From: a virus
Lineage: Duplodnaviria > Caudoviricetes
Virus record (IMG/VR): IMGVR_UViG_3300029224_000058
Coordinates: 1-48,355 of that record
Strand: one strand, 5' to 3'
DNA length: 48,355 bases
The position numbers were made by a program, and so were the translations under genes. Shown here one piece after another: positions 39,001 to 48,206 of this stretch. Below the pieces are notes generated by a model. It worked only from the letters and a program-made list of their open reading frames with translations. It ran no database searches and was not told where the DNA came from. Each line of letters starts with the position of its first letter. Within the stretch, counting starts at the first letter, position 1.

Positions 39001-42000
39001 ATAATAACTATACGAACTAAAGATGGTGATACTGTTAAAGATATTGCTGATAAAATTCAAAAGGAAAAAAGTGTAATTATTTCTGAAAGCACTAAAACAG
39101 GCGATAAAGTAGTCATTGATACCAGTGAAAAAGATACTGGTCCTGACCTTAACGAAAACATTGAGGTTGATGAGGGTAAGACTATCGACAAACCTGCGCC
39201 AATAAAGGAAAGCGAAGCTGGACCTGTCCCCCCTGCCCAAAATAACGAAAAAACTGGGATTAAGGAAAACGAGACTAAGTCTGAACCCTTGCAAACAAAG
39301 GAAAAAGCCCACCTGCCCACAATCACCCCCGAAGAAACAGAAAAATTAAACAAAGAAGCTGATAATTTAGGGTTTGGCAATATTTTTAAAGCTACTAATA
39401 GTGTTAATAAAAGGTTAGGTACTAACTATAAAGATTTTCGTGATATACCTAAAGAGGATTTACAAAAAGTTAGTAAGGAAAGGAAAGAGGGGGAGCTTGT
39501 TGACCAAAAAAGCGGAGAAATTATACCTAAAACTAATACCACTAAAAAAGAAGCCTCTGTTTCTAAAGAAAATCAAGAGGTATATGGCACTTTAAAAGAA
39601 GCTAATAAAATAGTTGTTGACGAAGATGGGAATATAAAAGAAGTTAAGCAAAACAGTGGATTTCCTTCACAGTTATATGAAGACATAAAGGCAATTATTG
39701 GAAGCGACAAATCATCATTGAATGAATACCTGAACATCAAAAATGATAACGGCAAATTTAAAGAGGAATTTGGTGATTGGGAAAACCGTATAATGAAGGA
39801 TTTTGGTAATTCAGGGAAAGAATATACCATTGTTCGGAAAGATATTGATGATAATAAATTTATTGATGTAAGGGAATATGAGAAGGGAAAGATTGTTATG
39901 GCTTTTAATAACGAAAAACTTGCCAGAAACAGAGATTTTAATAAAACTAAAGAAGAGTTTTCTGAGACTATATCAAACTCAGAAACAAAAGAATTGTTTA
40001 ATTCAACCGTTAATAAGTTACGAGATTTAAAACTCCACCTTATTCACATGAATTTGGGCGTAGAAGAAATTACATCGTTAAATGAAATCAAAAGAATAAA
40101 TGATGTTAATTTGGCAAAAGATTACTTTGGTGAACCTATGATTTTCATGCACGCAGGGGCAGAGGGAATTGAAAGTTTTAAAAAGCCCGATGACGTTGGT
40201 TATAAGCAAAACGATAACATTACTGGTTCAGCAGGGATATATTTCTCAAGAGATGTTAATCAGGCTGGAAAATACGCTAAAATAGAAGAGGGAAAACCTG
40301 CTAAAGGAAAAGATATTTATTATGTGTTTCTAAAAATTAAAAACCCTTATTATATCACCGACCCCTTTGCGCAGGCTCAATATAAGTTAACTGACAGCAA
40401 AACTTTAACAAAGGATGACGAGAATTCTTTAAAAGAATTAGGATATGACTCTATTATTTGGGATGAAGAAGAAGCCCCTAAGCATGAAGTAGTGGTATTT
40501 GACCCAAATCAAGTAGCTATTTTTGAGAACTTTAATTCAGAGGATTTGCAAAAAGTTAGTGAGCAAAGATTAGTAGAGAAAAAAGAAGCCACAGAACAAG
40601 TCATTGATGTATTTGAAGAAATAAGGGCAGAGAATGAACCCTCTAAAAAGCCTACACCGAAAAGAAAAAAGAAAACTCAAACAACTATTAATAAAAATGT
40701 TAAGAAGGATGCTAAGAAAAAGTTTGTAAGTGATGGTAAGGTTAAACAAAAAGAGTTTGATAATTGGAGAAATGAGACTATTTCAAAAGTAGATGAAGCG
40801 ATAAAAACAGTAATAGAGATTAACTTTGAAAAAGAAGGCGAAGGCTATGGTAGTGTAGGTGAATATGCTAAAGAGGACAATTCTATATTATCAAATGAAG
40901 ATGTTGTACGAGTTCTTAAAGAAAAAGGATTTGAAATTAAAAAAAGCGAAAAAGAAGTTGATATAATAACTATTAAAACTCCAAATGGGGAATATAATGT
41001 GCCAATAGAATCCCTACCTGAATTTAGAAAATCATTAGGAAAACTGACAAAAGAATATGGAAAAGGGAAAACGGAAGGGATACAGAAAGGGGCGCGAAAA
41101 GACGCATCAGAAGACTTTTATCAGCCTGAAAGTAAAGAAGAAGCAAAAGCAGAGCTTGAAATAGCGCAGCAAGTATTAGATAATGCGGGTAATAATAAAA
41201 AACTATCGGCAATAGCACAAAAACAAGTTGATTTTTATAAAAACTACTATGAAAACTACGAAAAGGTTGCCGCTAAAAACACGAACGATAACTTAACGAA
41301 AGAGTTTAATACGAGACTATTCCACAACAAAGAGATAACAGACTTCTACAATAATAATAAAGAAGAGTTAAAAACATATTTTGACATATATTCAGAACGT
41401 GATGTTTTTGAAATATCTGAACAGTTTTCAGAGACAGCTCCAAAAAGTATAGAAGATTTTGGATATATGTATTTAGCAGATAAGTTTATAAGAAATAAAA
41501 ACAAGTCTATATCCGAGTTAAAATCTGAAATAGAAAAATCACTTGTTGAAGCTAAAAAAGGCATTGAAAAATATGAAAGAGCCGATAAAAAGGGGTATAG
41601 AAAACAATCAACATCCTTTGATATAAATAAACTTCAAGAAGGATTAGATGATATTGATAAACAGAAGGATAGATTAGACATTTTAAATAAAGGAGCTAAA
41701 GAAATAAAAAGGTATGTTGAAATAAATAAACCCTCATTGTCTCAAAGGATTATTGACGGCTTAGAAAGTGTTAAAATAAGGACTGATAAAAAAGCATTAG
41801 GGATTATACCCCCGTTTAATATTGTGCCTGCCGTATGGAATACCTCAATAACTATAATTCAAAATGGTATTCGTGCAGGAAAAGTCATAAAAGATGCCAT
41901 TGAAGATGGTGTCGCCTATATAAAAGCAAATGTTAAAGGTGTTGATGAGAAAAAATTAAGAGACTTTTTCTATGAGAAAGCAAATGTTAAAGACACTGAA

Positions 42001-45000
42001 CCCACAGAAGAGGTAATTGAACCTAAACCTGAAAAAAAGGCAGCAGAAGAACCTAAAGAGGATAGAGTGTCGGGAATAAAAAAAGCCCTCGTTTCAGACG
42101 ATAAAGTTGAAGCCACCGACATAGAAAAACGCTCTACTGAACAAATGTTAGAAGCAGGGAAAAATGCTGTGGAAAGCGGTGATGTTAAACCTGCTATTAT
42201 AGTAAGTGCTATTCTAAAAGAACCTCGTGCATTACAAGCAATAGAAGTAGCGGCACTGGTTTATTACAAAACACAGTTAGACAATGTCTATGATACCTTA
42301 GCCGAAGACATCGAAGAATATAGAAAGGATAATGATACCGATAAACTTGTTTTAGCACAAGAGGAATTACACGTTTTAGAAAAAGCGATTGATGACTACC
42401 ATGAAATGTCGTTACTAACAGCTTATGAACAATCATTAGCTTTTAGATTACGTCAAATGCTATTAAGTAGTGAGTATAACCTACAATCACAAATTCGCAA
42501 GTATAAGTTAATTAACAACGGCGTTATTCCTCCTGATATTTTAGAGAAGTTTGAGCAGTACGATAAAGAGTTGAAATCTGTTCAGCAAGAGTTAAAAGAA
42601 TTGCGAGAAAAGCAAGAGATTGAAGAAGGGCAAGATGCTATTGACAATATCAAAGAAAGTGTTGACAGGCAGTATAAAAAACCCAAACAAAAATCAGTAT
42701 TAACAGAAAAAGAGCAAAAGCGCAAAAGAGAACTTAGTAAAAAGCTATTTGGTAGGTTTAATGATATTACCTCTTTCGCTCAACTAATTGCAGATAAAGA
42801 GTTTTATGAGTTTTCGGGACTTGTTATAAAAGAAACAAAAGGCGATTTTAATAGATTTGCTAAACAGATAACAGGTGCTGTGGGAAATGCTGTTAGAAAG
42901 TTCTTACCTGATTTATACAGAGACTTAGGCGGTAAAGGTGAAACTATTTTTGATAACACAAAAGTGGCTATCAAAAATGGGAAACTAATTATTCCTAATG
43001 CTATTATCCGTGATTTAGTAGCAGGGGGTGTTGACACTATTGAAACCTTAACTGATGCTATTTATAATGACATAAAAGATGAGTTTCCTAATATTACAAA
43101 AAGAAATATCCGTGATACTATCACAAATTACGGCAGGACAATAAACTTATCAAAAGAAGAAATTGATGTAAAAATCAGAGGAATAAAACGTATAGGGAAA
43201 CTATTTTCAGCACTTGAAGATGTTTTAAACAAAAAGCGTCCATTGCGAAGTGGTCTTCAAAGGGATAAGTTAAACGCCGAAGAGCGCAGACTGAAAAAGG
43301 CTATATCAGAGGGATTAAAAGATATTCCCCTAAGTGAAGAAGAAGTAAATGAGGCGTGGGCAACGGCTTTGGATAAGGTAAAATCAAGGCTAAGAAACCA
43401 AATTGAAGACCTACAAAACCAAATCGAAACAGGTGAAAAAACACCTAAGAAAAAAGGTATAGAATATGACAACGAGGCGAAACTATTACAAGCGGAAAGG
43501 GACGGGCTAAAACAAACGCTCGAGCAAACAGAGGGGAAACCCTCAATAAGTGATGAGCAACGCCTTAGAATGGCAATGAACTCCGTTGAAAGAGGGATAG
43601 AGGATTTAGAACGCCGTATTGCTGAAAATGATTTTAGCATAGGGGCAAAAAGACCGCCTATTAGTTCAGAAGAATTAACCGCCTTAAAAGAAAGAAGGGC
43701 GAGCCTACGTGATGTTTTTAAGAAAATGGAAACAGAAGCGGGAATAGTAGAGAAAAAAAGAATAGAGATTCGTAAACGAAATATCGATAAAAAAATAGCA
43801 GAATATCAGAGCAGGATTAAAAATAAAGACTATACCCAAAAGAAAAGAGCGAAACCACCTATTGACAAAGAAATTACCGCCAAAGAGGTTGAGCTTTTAT
43901 TAGTAAAAGAGAAGTTCGATGTAGAATCGGAGAAAATTAAACGTAAAAACAGGTCGTTAAGAGAAAAAGTATTTGAGATTTCTGCGGATATTTGGAATAT
44001 GACAAAATCATTAGTAACGACTTTAGATTTATCCGCACCACTAAGACAAGGGGCAGTAATAGGATATGCGAACCCAAAGATAGCGATTGCCTCTATGGTA
44101 GAAATGTTTAAGCAAATGGTTTCTCAAAAAGCAGCAGATAGTTTTTTAGCAGAAATGCGTACAAAAGAGGAATATTCTTTAATGCGTAAGTCTAAACTAT
44201 ACTTGGCAGAACCTTCATCAAAATTATCAGCAAAAGAAGAAGCGTTTATGTCAAATCTTGTCCATAAAATCCCACTGTTTGGAAAACTTGTAAAAGGCTC
44301 TGAAAGGGCATACACAGGATACCTTAATAAGATGCGTGTTGATGCTTTTGTTAAATTTTCTGAACAGCTAAAACGAGACGGATATGATGAAAACAAAGAT
44401 TTAGCCGCTTTTACAGCAGCAGCCAGTTTTGTGAACAACGCAACGGGAAGGGGAAACCTATTAGGCATGGAAGGGTCGGCAGTAGCCCTAAGTTTCTTTA
44501 TATTTTCACCCCGATATGTAGCCTCTCGGATAGCCCTTTTAAATCCATACAAGTATTATAAAATGCCTCCTCCACTAAGGAAAGAGGCTTTAAAATCAAT
44601 GGCTATTTTTACTGGTTCGTGGTATTTATTTAACAACCTGCTGATATTAGCAATACAATCATTTTTTGATGACGAAGAGGTTACAGTGGAAGAAGACCCT
44701 CGTAGTTCAGATTTTGGAAAGGTAAGGGCTGGCGACCTTAGATTTGATAACGCTGCGGGTATGCAGCAGCCCATACGTGTTATGTCGCAAATAGTAACAG
44801 GGCAAACAAAAAGCAGCCACACAGGAAATATAACAGAGTTAAATAGCGGAGGGTATTTTAGCCGCACACGAGGGGATGTTCTCTTTTCTTTTGGTCGTTC
44901 TAAACTTAGCCCCTCTTTTAGTTTTGTCGTAAACTGGTTAGATGGAGAAAATATCGTTGGAGAGCCGTTTGAAATAACAAATGAAATGGCGAGTTTAGTA

Positions 45001-45477
45001 ACACCATTATACTTATCCGATGCTAAAGAAATACTTGAAGAAGAAGGGGTAGGATTAGCCTCTATCGGTATTGGATTATCAGCATTTGGTGTTGGAATAC
45101 AGAGATATAGTGCATACGATGGTGTAGGTGAAGATGGGTTAGGAACTAAAACAGAAGAAGACTTAAAACTTCGCCGACTACTTAGGCAAAAACAAGTTTC
45201 TGTTACTAAAAAGAAAGAAGGCTCTATAAAAATAAAAGGTGAGGATATGACAGAGGAACAGTTTAAAACATTTTCTACTGTTAGGGGTGGTATTATCAAA
45301 GATTATTTATTAGATAATTATGATAAGTTAATGCAACTAAGTCCCGAAGATGTGCAGAAGAGGATTAAGAGAGTTAAGGCTTCTGCTACAAGAAGGGCGA
45401 AAATAAAGGCTAATAACCCTATATCAAAAAAGGAATTTCAACAGCTCCCTTCACGGTTAAAACAATTTATGAATTAG
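36067..45477 (+). CDS. giant polyvalent ejection protein with an ART-PolyVal-like ADP-ribosyltransferase module
   Basis: 3136 aa; FKEEFGDWE...GEPMIFMHAG...GIYFS...VFLKIKNP...GYDSII...HEVVVFDPNQ; C-terminal DLSAPLRQG/NNATGRG/DPRSSDFGK domain. Confidence 0.85.
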   Translation: MPEEKTYLIGTEVFDVPDNEAEAFLKENPKAIEAQSYTIGKDTFDVPIYDVEAFLKENPKAKTLKKKVSGKGLFGGFPELQDALNIKRKDKKNPNWLEKNTVVTTNKEPFSIEQGIKNATQAQTVEQIESAVRKKLAPTTPPELLEVEVQKFIKENTGQQENKSRKVKFTDIGLKPDDFFTLSQKAIFDKPYINQEEVTEYSAEIPSLNAFEESSLTPKLTRSILKLLKENPEYRLDIQKDVDKKGNKLSASDQEKYIRLATFETPENKAAQETINNIQNSPFYDDVKRYFKGAKELNEQQRLFNLKHPDFEAAKAQFEETLAQNPNDETALAYLEEIEQNPDYIALQEAAMGLTESVEQHLLSDGQNRIEEAIKEYALAANQIFETQDEYQNALNSSKAIREKRELKSYKKALTEGKILNDPMLNPFGMRGDDTYSKSIQDFSNSTIDVIDGISRVTAEAYKSISEALLGAEGARKDRLFRGADVFSSWVGDNLDELKFENEPAGDVLNEDGTVNVENIVRGIAGATPHFLAIAAGNQLAAAKIGKALGIGAKGANTIATVGGIYATSFAQYSDLADEMGITGRKKAAFTHGMALNEGLWESILPNNKVFTRSIRKQLVKDFAENIVKGGNKKALKEAIKNAGRVVARAGFDGSLEAIEEVGVNYTNPYLNKIVNSLGNKGQDLSTEAPTLNENLNAIVPAFFLSGIPSAISSASSLTLKQSQLMQIAASDIDATLELIEKSGFSKEQKKNLAVVLETYNVLNEQMPDVGNGKKAYVIPRITKIEELKERSQDPDRNEALVKADEQEINTLQKEVNDALSMSNKDFKGIYDREISESLEQKESESIDNKEDTTLDDTTENVEEKIVNYENIEFKGSQQSSSDNSIDFEYNLMKSQGFGLSSTGYSHFDMGNGISGIIRIKDHDANSDYIENDLENEEIGAYINVVSIGKADTNFSGYTSEKQSNEELTELFKKYGKPIITIRTKDGDTVKDIADKIQKEKSVIISESTKTGDKVVIDTSEKDTGPDLNENIEVDEGKTIDKPAPIKESEAGPVPPAQNNEKTGIKENETKSEPLQTKEKAHLPTITPEETEKLNKEADNLGFGNIFKATNSVNKRLGTNYKDFRDIPKEDLQKVSKERKEGELVDQKSGEIIPKTNTTKKEASVSKENQEVYGTLKEANKIVVDEDGNIKEVKQNSGFPSQLYEDIKAIIGSDKSSLNEYLNIKNDNGKFKEEFGDWENRIMKDFGNSGKEYTIVRKDIDDNKFIDVREYEKGKIVMAFNNEKLARNRDFNKTKEEFSETISNSETKELFNSTVNKLRDLKLHLIHMNLGVEEITSLNEIKRINDVNLAKDYFGEPMIFMHAGAEGIESFKKPDDVGYKQNDNITGSAGIYFSRDVNQAGKYAKIEEGKPAKGKDIYYVFLKIKNPYYITDPFAQAQYKLTDSKTLTKDDENSLKELGYDSIIWDEEEAPKHEVVVFDPNQVAIFENFNSEDLQKVSEQRLVEKKEATEQVIDVFEEIRAENEPSKKPTPKRKKKTQTTINKNVKKDAKKKFVSDGKVKQKEFDNWRNETISKVDEAIKTVIEINFEKEGEGYGSVGEYAKEDNSILSNEDVVRVLKEKGFEIKKSEKEVDIITIKTPNGEYNVPIESLPEFRKSLGKLTKEYGKGKTEGIQKGARKDASEDFYQPESKEEAKAELEIAQQVLDNAGNNKKLSAIAQKQVDFYKNYYENYEKVAAKNTNDNLTKEFNTRLFHNKEITDFYNNNKEELKTYFDIYSERDVFEISEQFSETAPKSIEDFGYMYLADKFIRNKNKSISELKSEIEKSLVEAKKGIEKYERADKKGYRKQSTSFDINKLQEGLDDIDKQKDRLDILNKGAKEIKRYVEINKPSLSQRIIDGLESVKIRTDKKALGIIPPFNIVPAVWNTSITIIQNGIRAGKVIKDAIEDGVAYIKANVKGVDEKKLRDFFYEKANVKDTEPTEEVIEPKPEKKAAEEPKEDRVSGIKKALVSDDKVEATDIEKRSTEQMLEAGKNAVESGDVKPAIIVSAILKEPRALQAIEVAALVYYKTQLDNVYDTLAEDIEEYRKDNDTDKLVLAQEELHVLEKAIDDYHEMSLLTAYEQSLAFRLRQMLLSSEYNLQSQIRKYKLINNGVIPPDILEKFEQYDKELKSVQQELKELREKQEIEEGQDAIDNIKESVDRQYKKPKQKSVLTEKEQKRKRELSKKLFGRFNDITSFAQLIADKEFYEFSGLVIKETKGDFNRFAKQITGAVGNAVRKFLPDLYRDLGGKGETIFDNTKVAIKNGKLIIPNAIIRDLVAGGVDTIETLTDAIYNDIKDEFPNITKRNIRDTITNYGRTINLSKEEIDVKIRGIKRIGKLFSALEDVLNKKRPLRSGLQRDKLNAEERRLKKAISEGLKDIPLSEEEVNEAWATALDKVKSRLRNQIEDLQNQIETGEKTPKKKGIEYDNEAKLLQAERDGLKQTLEQTEGKPSISDEQRLRMAMNSVERGIEDLERRIAENDFSIGAKRPPISSEELTALKERRASLRDVFKKMETEAGIVEKKRIEIRKRNIDKKIAEYQSRIKNKDYTQKKRAKPPIDKEITAKEVELLLVKEKFDVESEKIKRKNRSLREKVFEISADIWNMTKSLVTTLDLSAPLRQGAVIGYANPKIAIASMVEMFKQMVSQKAADSFLAEMRTKEEYSLMRKSKLYLAEPSSKLSAKEEAFMSNLVHKIPLFGKLVKGSERAYTGYLNKMRVDAFVKFSEQLKRDGYDENKDLAAFTAAASFVNNATGRGNLLGMEGSAVALSFFIFSPRYVASRIALLNPYKYYKMPPPLRKEALKSMAIFTGSWYLFNNLLILAIQSFFDDEEVTVEEDPRSSDFGKVRAGDLRFDNAAGMQQPIRVMSQIVTGQTKSSHTGNITELNSGGYFSRTRGDVLFSFGRSKLSPSFSFVVNWLDGENIVGEPFEITNEMASLVTPLYLSDAKEILEEEGVGLASIGIGLSAFGVGIQRYSAYDGVGEDGLGTKTEEDLKLRRLLRQKQVSVTKKKEGSIKIKGEDMTEEQFKTFSTVRGGIIKDYLLDNYDKLMQLSPEDVQKRIKRVKASATRRAKIKANNPISKKEFQQLPSRLKQFMN
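36130..36248 (+). repeat. 29-bp exact direct repeat, 90 bp apart (30-aa tandem N-terminal domain)
   Basis: gaagcgtttttaaaagaaaacccgaaagc at 36130 and 36220. Confidence 0.9.
39453..40560 (+). repeat. 22-bp direct repeats (1 mismatch) bracketing the ART module
   Basis: agaggatttacaaaaagttagt at 39453-39474 and agaggatttgcaaaaagttagt at 40539-40560. Confidence 0.9.
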
Positions 45478-45479
45478 GG

Positions 45480-46040
45480 TTATTTCCAATCCTTACACTT
45501 CATTTCTTTATCAATAAGAGGGATAAAATATTTATTTGCAGCCTCTACCGTGTTTCCCCCAAAGAAATTAGTGCCAGCACAACTCTTTGAGCTAAACCAA
45601 TGGTGATATATTAGAGAAGTATCATTTGCTTCAATCTTAAAGTGATTTAGCAGGATAGCATTGTACATAACAATAAAGTTTTTGTGCCTATCGTTCATTT
45701 CATCTTCGCCAATATCAAAGTTACCAATATGCTCTATGCATATACTACCTGTGTTTGCACCTTTTATGCCTGCGGGAATAACATTTATATCTCTACCAAT
45801 AGCAATTGAACCATCGGGATATGTGGTGAAATGCTGTGCTATATCACTAAAGCTCCTTACATCAACATGAAAATTTCTCATTCCATTGTGAAGCCTTTTG
45901 TGATTTTCACCAGTAAAGTTTGAGTAGTCGGGTCTATAAGTATGGTGGTTCTGCACTCGAAATATTGAGCGAGTTATCTTTTGCTCTTTTAACCATTTAT
46001 AGAACTTGTAAGGCGTTTCTATTAGTACAAATTCACTCAT
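45480..46040 (-). CDS. endolysin, N-acetylmuramoyl-L-alanine amidase (Amidase_2)
   Basis: HHT, IAQHF, ICIEH.GNFD, HH...KSC.G Zn-amidase motifs. Confidence 0.9.
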   Translation of the reverse strand: MSEFVLIETPYKFYKWLKEQKITRSIFRVQNHHTYRPDYSNFTGENHKRLHNGMRNFHVDVRSFSDIAQHFTTYPDGSIAIGRDINVIPAGIKGANTGSICIEHIGNFDIGEDEMNDRHKNFIVMYNAILLNHFKIEANDTSLIYHHWFSSKSCAGTNFFGGNTVEAANKYFIPLIDKEMKCKDWK

Positions 46041-46267
46041 TTTTTGTTATTTTTACGTTTTTGTATAATCTTTTTGTACTTCTCATACACATCGGGGGCT
46101 TTGTTAAGTATCGTTATCAGTGTTAATATGCTGCCCATTATAGCGAAAATAGCTTGAAAAGACTCGGTATTAGGAGTTATACTATAAAGTATAAATGTAA
46201 GACCTGTGGGTAGAACCACCTTATAGTCTGTTATTTGGTTTATTATTTCTAAATTTATCCACCGCAT
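46037..46267 (-). CDS. putative holin
   Basis: Two TM segments and a basic C-terminus; overlaps the endolysin start. Confidence 0.6.
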   Translation of the reverse strand: MRWINLEIINQITDYKVVLPTGLTFILYSITPNTESFQAIFAIMGSILTLITILNKAPDVYEKYKKIIQKRKNNKK

Positions 46268-46336
46268 TTATTATATGTATTATATGTATTATAAGTAATA
46301 TTGATACTAATATTCCGTTTACTGTAAAAATAATAT

Positions 46337-46786
46337 TTAACGTGCCACTCCCTTGAAGTAATATTTGATATATAATAGCCATTTTTTGCAAATTGATATT
46401 GACTTTATTATAAATGGTATTAGTAACCTAACGATAATATATGTGAATACTGCGCCTGTAAATAGTGTTATCCAATTGCCTTCTTCGTTTATAAGGGCTA
46501 TATCGCCGATTAAATTTAGTAAAAAGTAAACAATATATATTCCTGAAATATGTTTCCAAAAAGACTTTAATCTAACTTGTAAAATCAAAAAATATACTAA
46601 TACAGAAAAAGAAAATATTGATATGCTTTTACAAATATCTACTATATCCCAATAGTTGTAGTCATTTTGTTGTTCTAATGTTGTTGGGATAATATCATAC
46701 GTAATCGCCCACCCTAACGCAAGGGAGAGGGTGGTTGCACCGAAAACGGCGGCAATAACGATATTAAGAATTTGTGGGCGTACCAC
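46337..46786 (-). CDS. membrane protein (about 4 TM segments)
   Basis: Hydrophobic segments; lysis region. Confidence 0.6.
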   Translation of the reverse strand: MVRPQILNIVIAAVFGATTLSLALGWAITYDIIPTTLEQQNDYNYWDIVDICKSISIFSFSVLVYFLILQVRLKSFWKHISGIYIVYFLLNLIGDIALINEEGNWITLFTGAVFTYIIVRLLIPFIIKSISICKKWLLYIKYYFKGVAR

Positions 46787-47033
46787 CTCTTTTTACTTTC
46801 TTTTTAGGGAATGAATTACTTTTGAAGTGGTCGAGGTCTTCATTTGTAAATTCGGTAGTATTTACAAAATTTCTCCAATAGACATATATTCCTGTTGATG
46901 AAGAAGCGTCTGCCTCAATATATTGAACTTCTTTTACTGGGTTAGGATTATTATCATCCGTCCATGTAAAGTGTTCTACATCGTAACCATCGTTAGTTTG
47001 TGCTGTTACCCTTGCTGTCTCTTGATATGCCAT
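46764..47033 (-). CDS. hypothetical protein
   Basis: Tightly packed ORF. Confidence 0.55.
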   Translation of the reverse strand: MAYQETARVTAQTNDGYDVEHFTWTDDNNPNPVKEVQYIEADASSSTGIYVYWRNFVNTTEFTNEDLDHFKSNSFPKKKVKRGGTPTNS

Positions 47034-47037
47034 TATT

Positions 47038-47265
47038 TTATTTATTATTTTGTTCTACTTTATCGAAGTCAACGGCAGATTTACCAATGATTGTTAAGAT
47101 ACTTCCTGCCACTATAAGGTGTTCTCCTATTTTTTCTATAATAGCTGGTATGTCAAGTTCTAACGCAACAATACCAGTGCCTATGGTGAATATTGCTATT
47201 CCTAAAGCCATTACTTTTTTAAAGAATCTTGGCGTTGGTGATTTTAATCTTTCTATTAAATTCAT
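47038..47265 (-). CDS. holin-like 2-TM protein
   Basis: ERLKSPTPRFFKK N-terminus then two TM helices; promoter box at 47270-47277. Confidence 0.65.
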   Translation of the reverse strand: MNLIERLKSPTPRFFKKVMALGIAIFTIGTGIVALELDIPAIIEKIGEHLIVAGSILTIIGKSAVDFDKVEQNNK

Positions 47266-47399
47266 TCATCAAATATATGTAAAAGATGTCTATTTTCCGT
47301 ATATTTTAGCACGAGGGTTTTTGGAAATGACATACTTGTGTAACCAAAAATATTGCCATATATAGTATAATTATTATAACCCTATTTTAGTACGGCTGT

Positions 47400-48206
47400 T
47401 TAATTTTCTATTAATATTATATCAAATCCACCTGTTATATCAACGTTATTAGCACTCACGGATTCTATACGAATTACTACATCTGTTTTTTCTGTTAAAA
47501 CAAGTCCTCCAAAAATAGGCTCTACTATTGAATAATTTGTAGATACTCCCGTAGGTCTTCTCGATTCAAAAACACCTCCGTCAGAACGGGTAAACACATC
47601 AATGTCAGCACTTTGTAATGTGCTTCCTTTTTCTATTGAACAGTAAATCTTATCAAGGAGACCTGTTGTTCCTGCTGGAATGGTATATGCCGCTACTTGT
47701 GTCCTATTTTTACCAATAGGGACTTTAAAGAATATATTTTGAGAAGTAGTAGTATGACAACACGTTATCTCTCCTTCGTTTAAGGCAGTTCCGTCAGTTG
47801 ACATACATCTTCCTACATTTACTCTGCTCCATGTATTGATAGATATAACGTGAGAAAGACCGTTTAATATTAATATTTCTTCTTGATAATTAAAATTTGC
47901 GTCTAACCCATATATTGTAATAGATTGTACGCCCGACCCTACTGCGGTATCATTTGCACTGGTACTAAATACATCAACAGTCTCTATAACACCAAGAGGA
48001 AATCCCGTATATAACCCTCCGCCTGCCCATAAGTCTTCGGGAACACTTCCTGAGTCTACATCAGGGTTCTTTCCAAATTTATTTACCAGTTTTTTGCCTG
48101 CAATTCTTCCAATTGCTAAATCTCTTTCAAAATCACTTGGCGCACCATTCTCTATCCCCTCTAATATAGAAACAAAAGGAGATTGTGTCCCATTTGCGCT
48201 TCCATC
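47400..48206 (-). pseudogene. probable phage structural gene, 5'-interrupted by an IS
   Basis: The frame of ORF 47400..47804 stays open upstream (...NKFGRNPDVDSGSVPEDLWAGGGLYTGFP...) up to the IS end, with no ATG. Confidence 0.7.

Noticed and set aside
44124-45299. Long antisense ORFs inside the giant gene (and similar shadows elsewhere)
   Set aside because: Opposite a well-supported gene, no motifs; a codon-bias effect.
36067-45477. crAss-like virion RNA polymerase
   Set aside because: No DxDxD catalytic motif noticed; recognisable parts are ART, coiled coil and an ejection-protein C-terminus; host-type promoters are used throughout.
17544-45477. Stop-codon reassignment
   Set aside because: Long genes are intact in the standard code and no suppressor tRNA is present; breaks in accessory genes are frameshifts or mixed stops.
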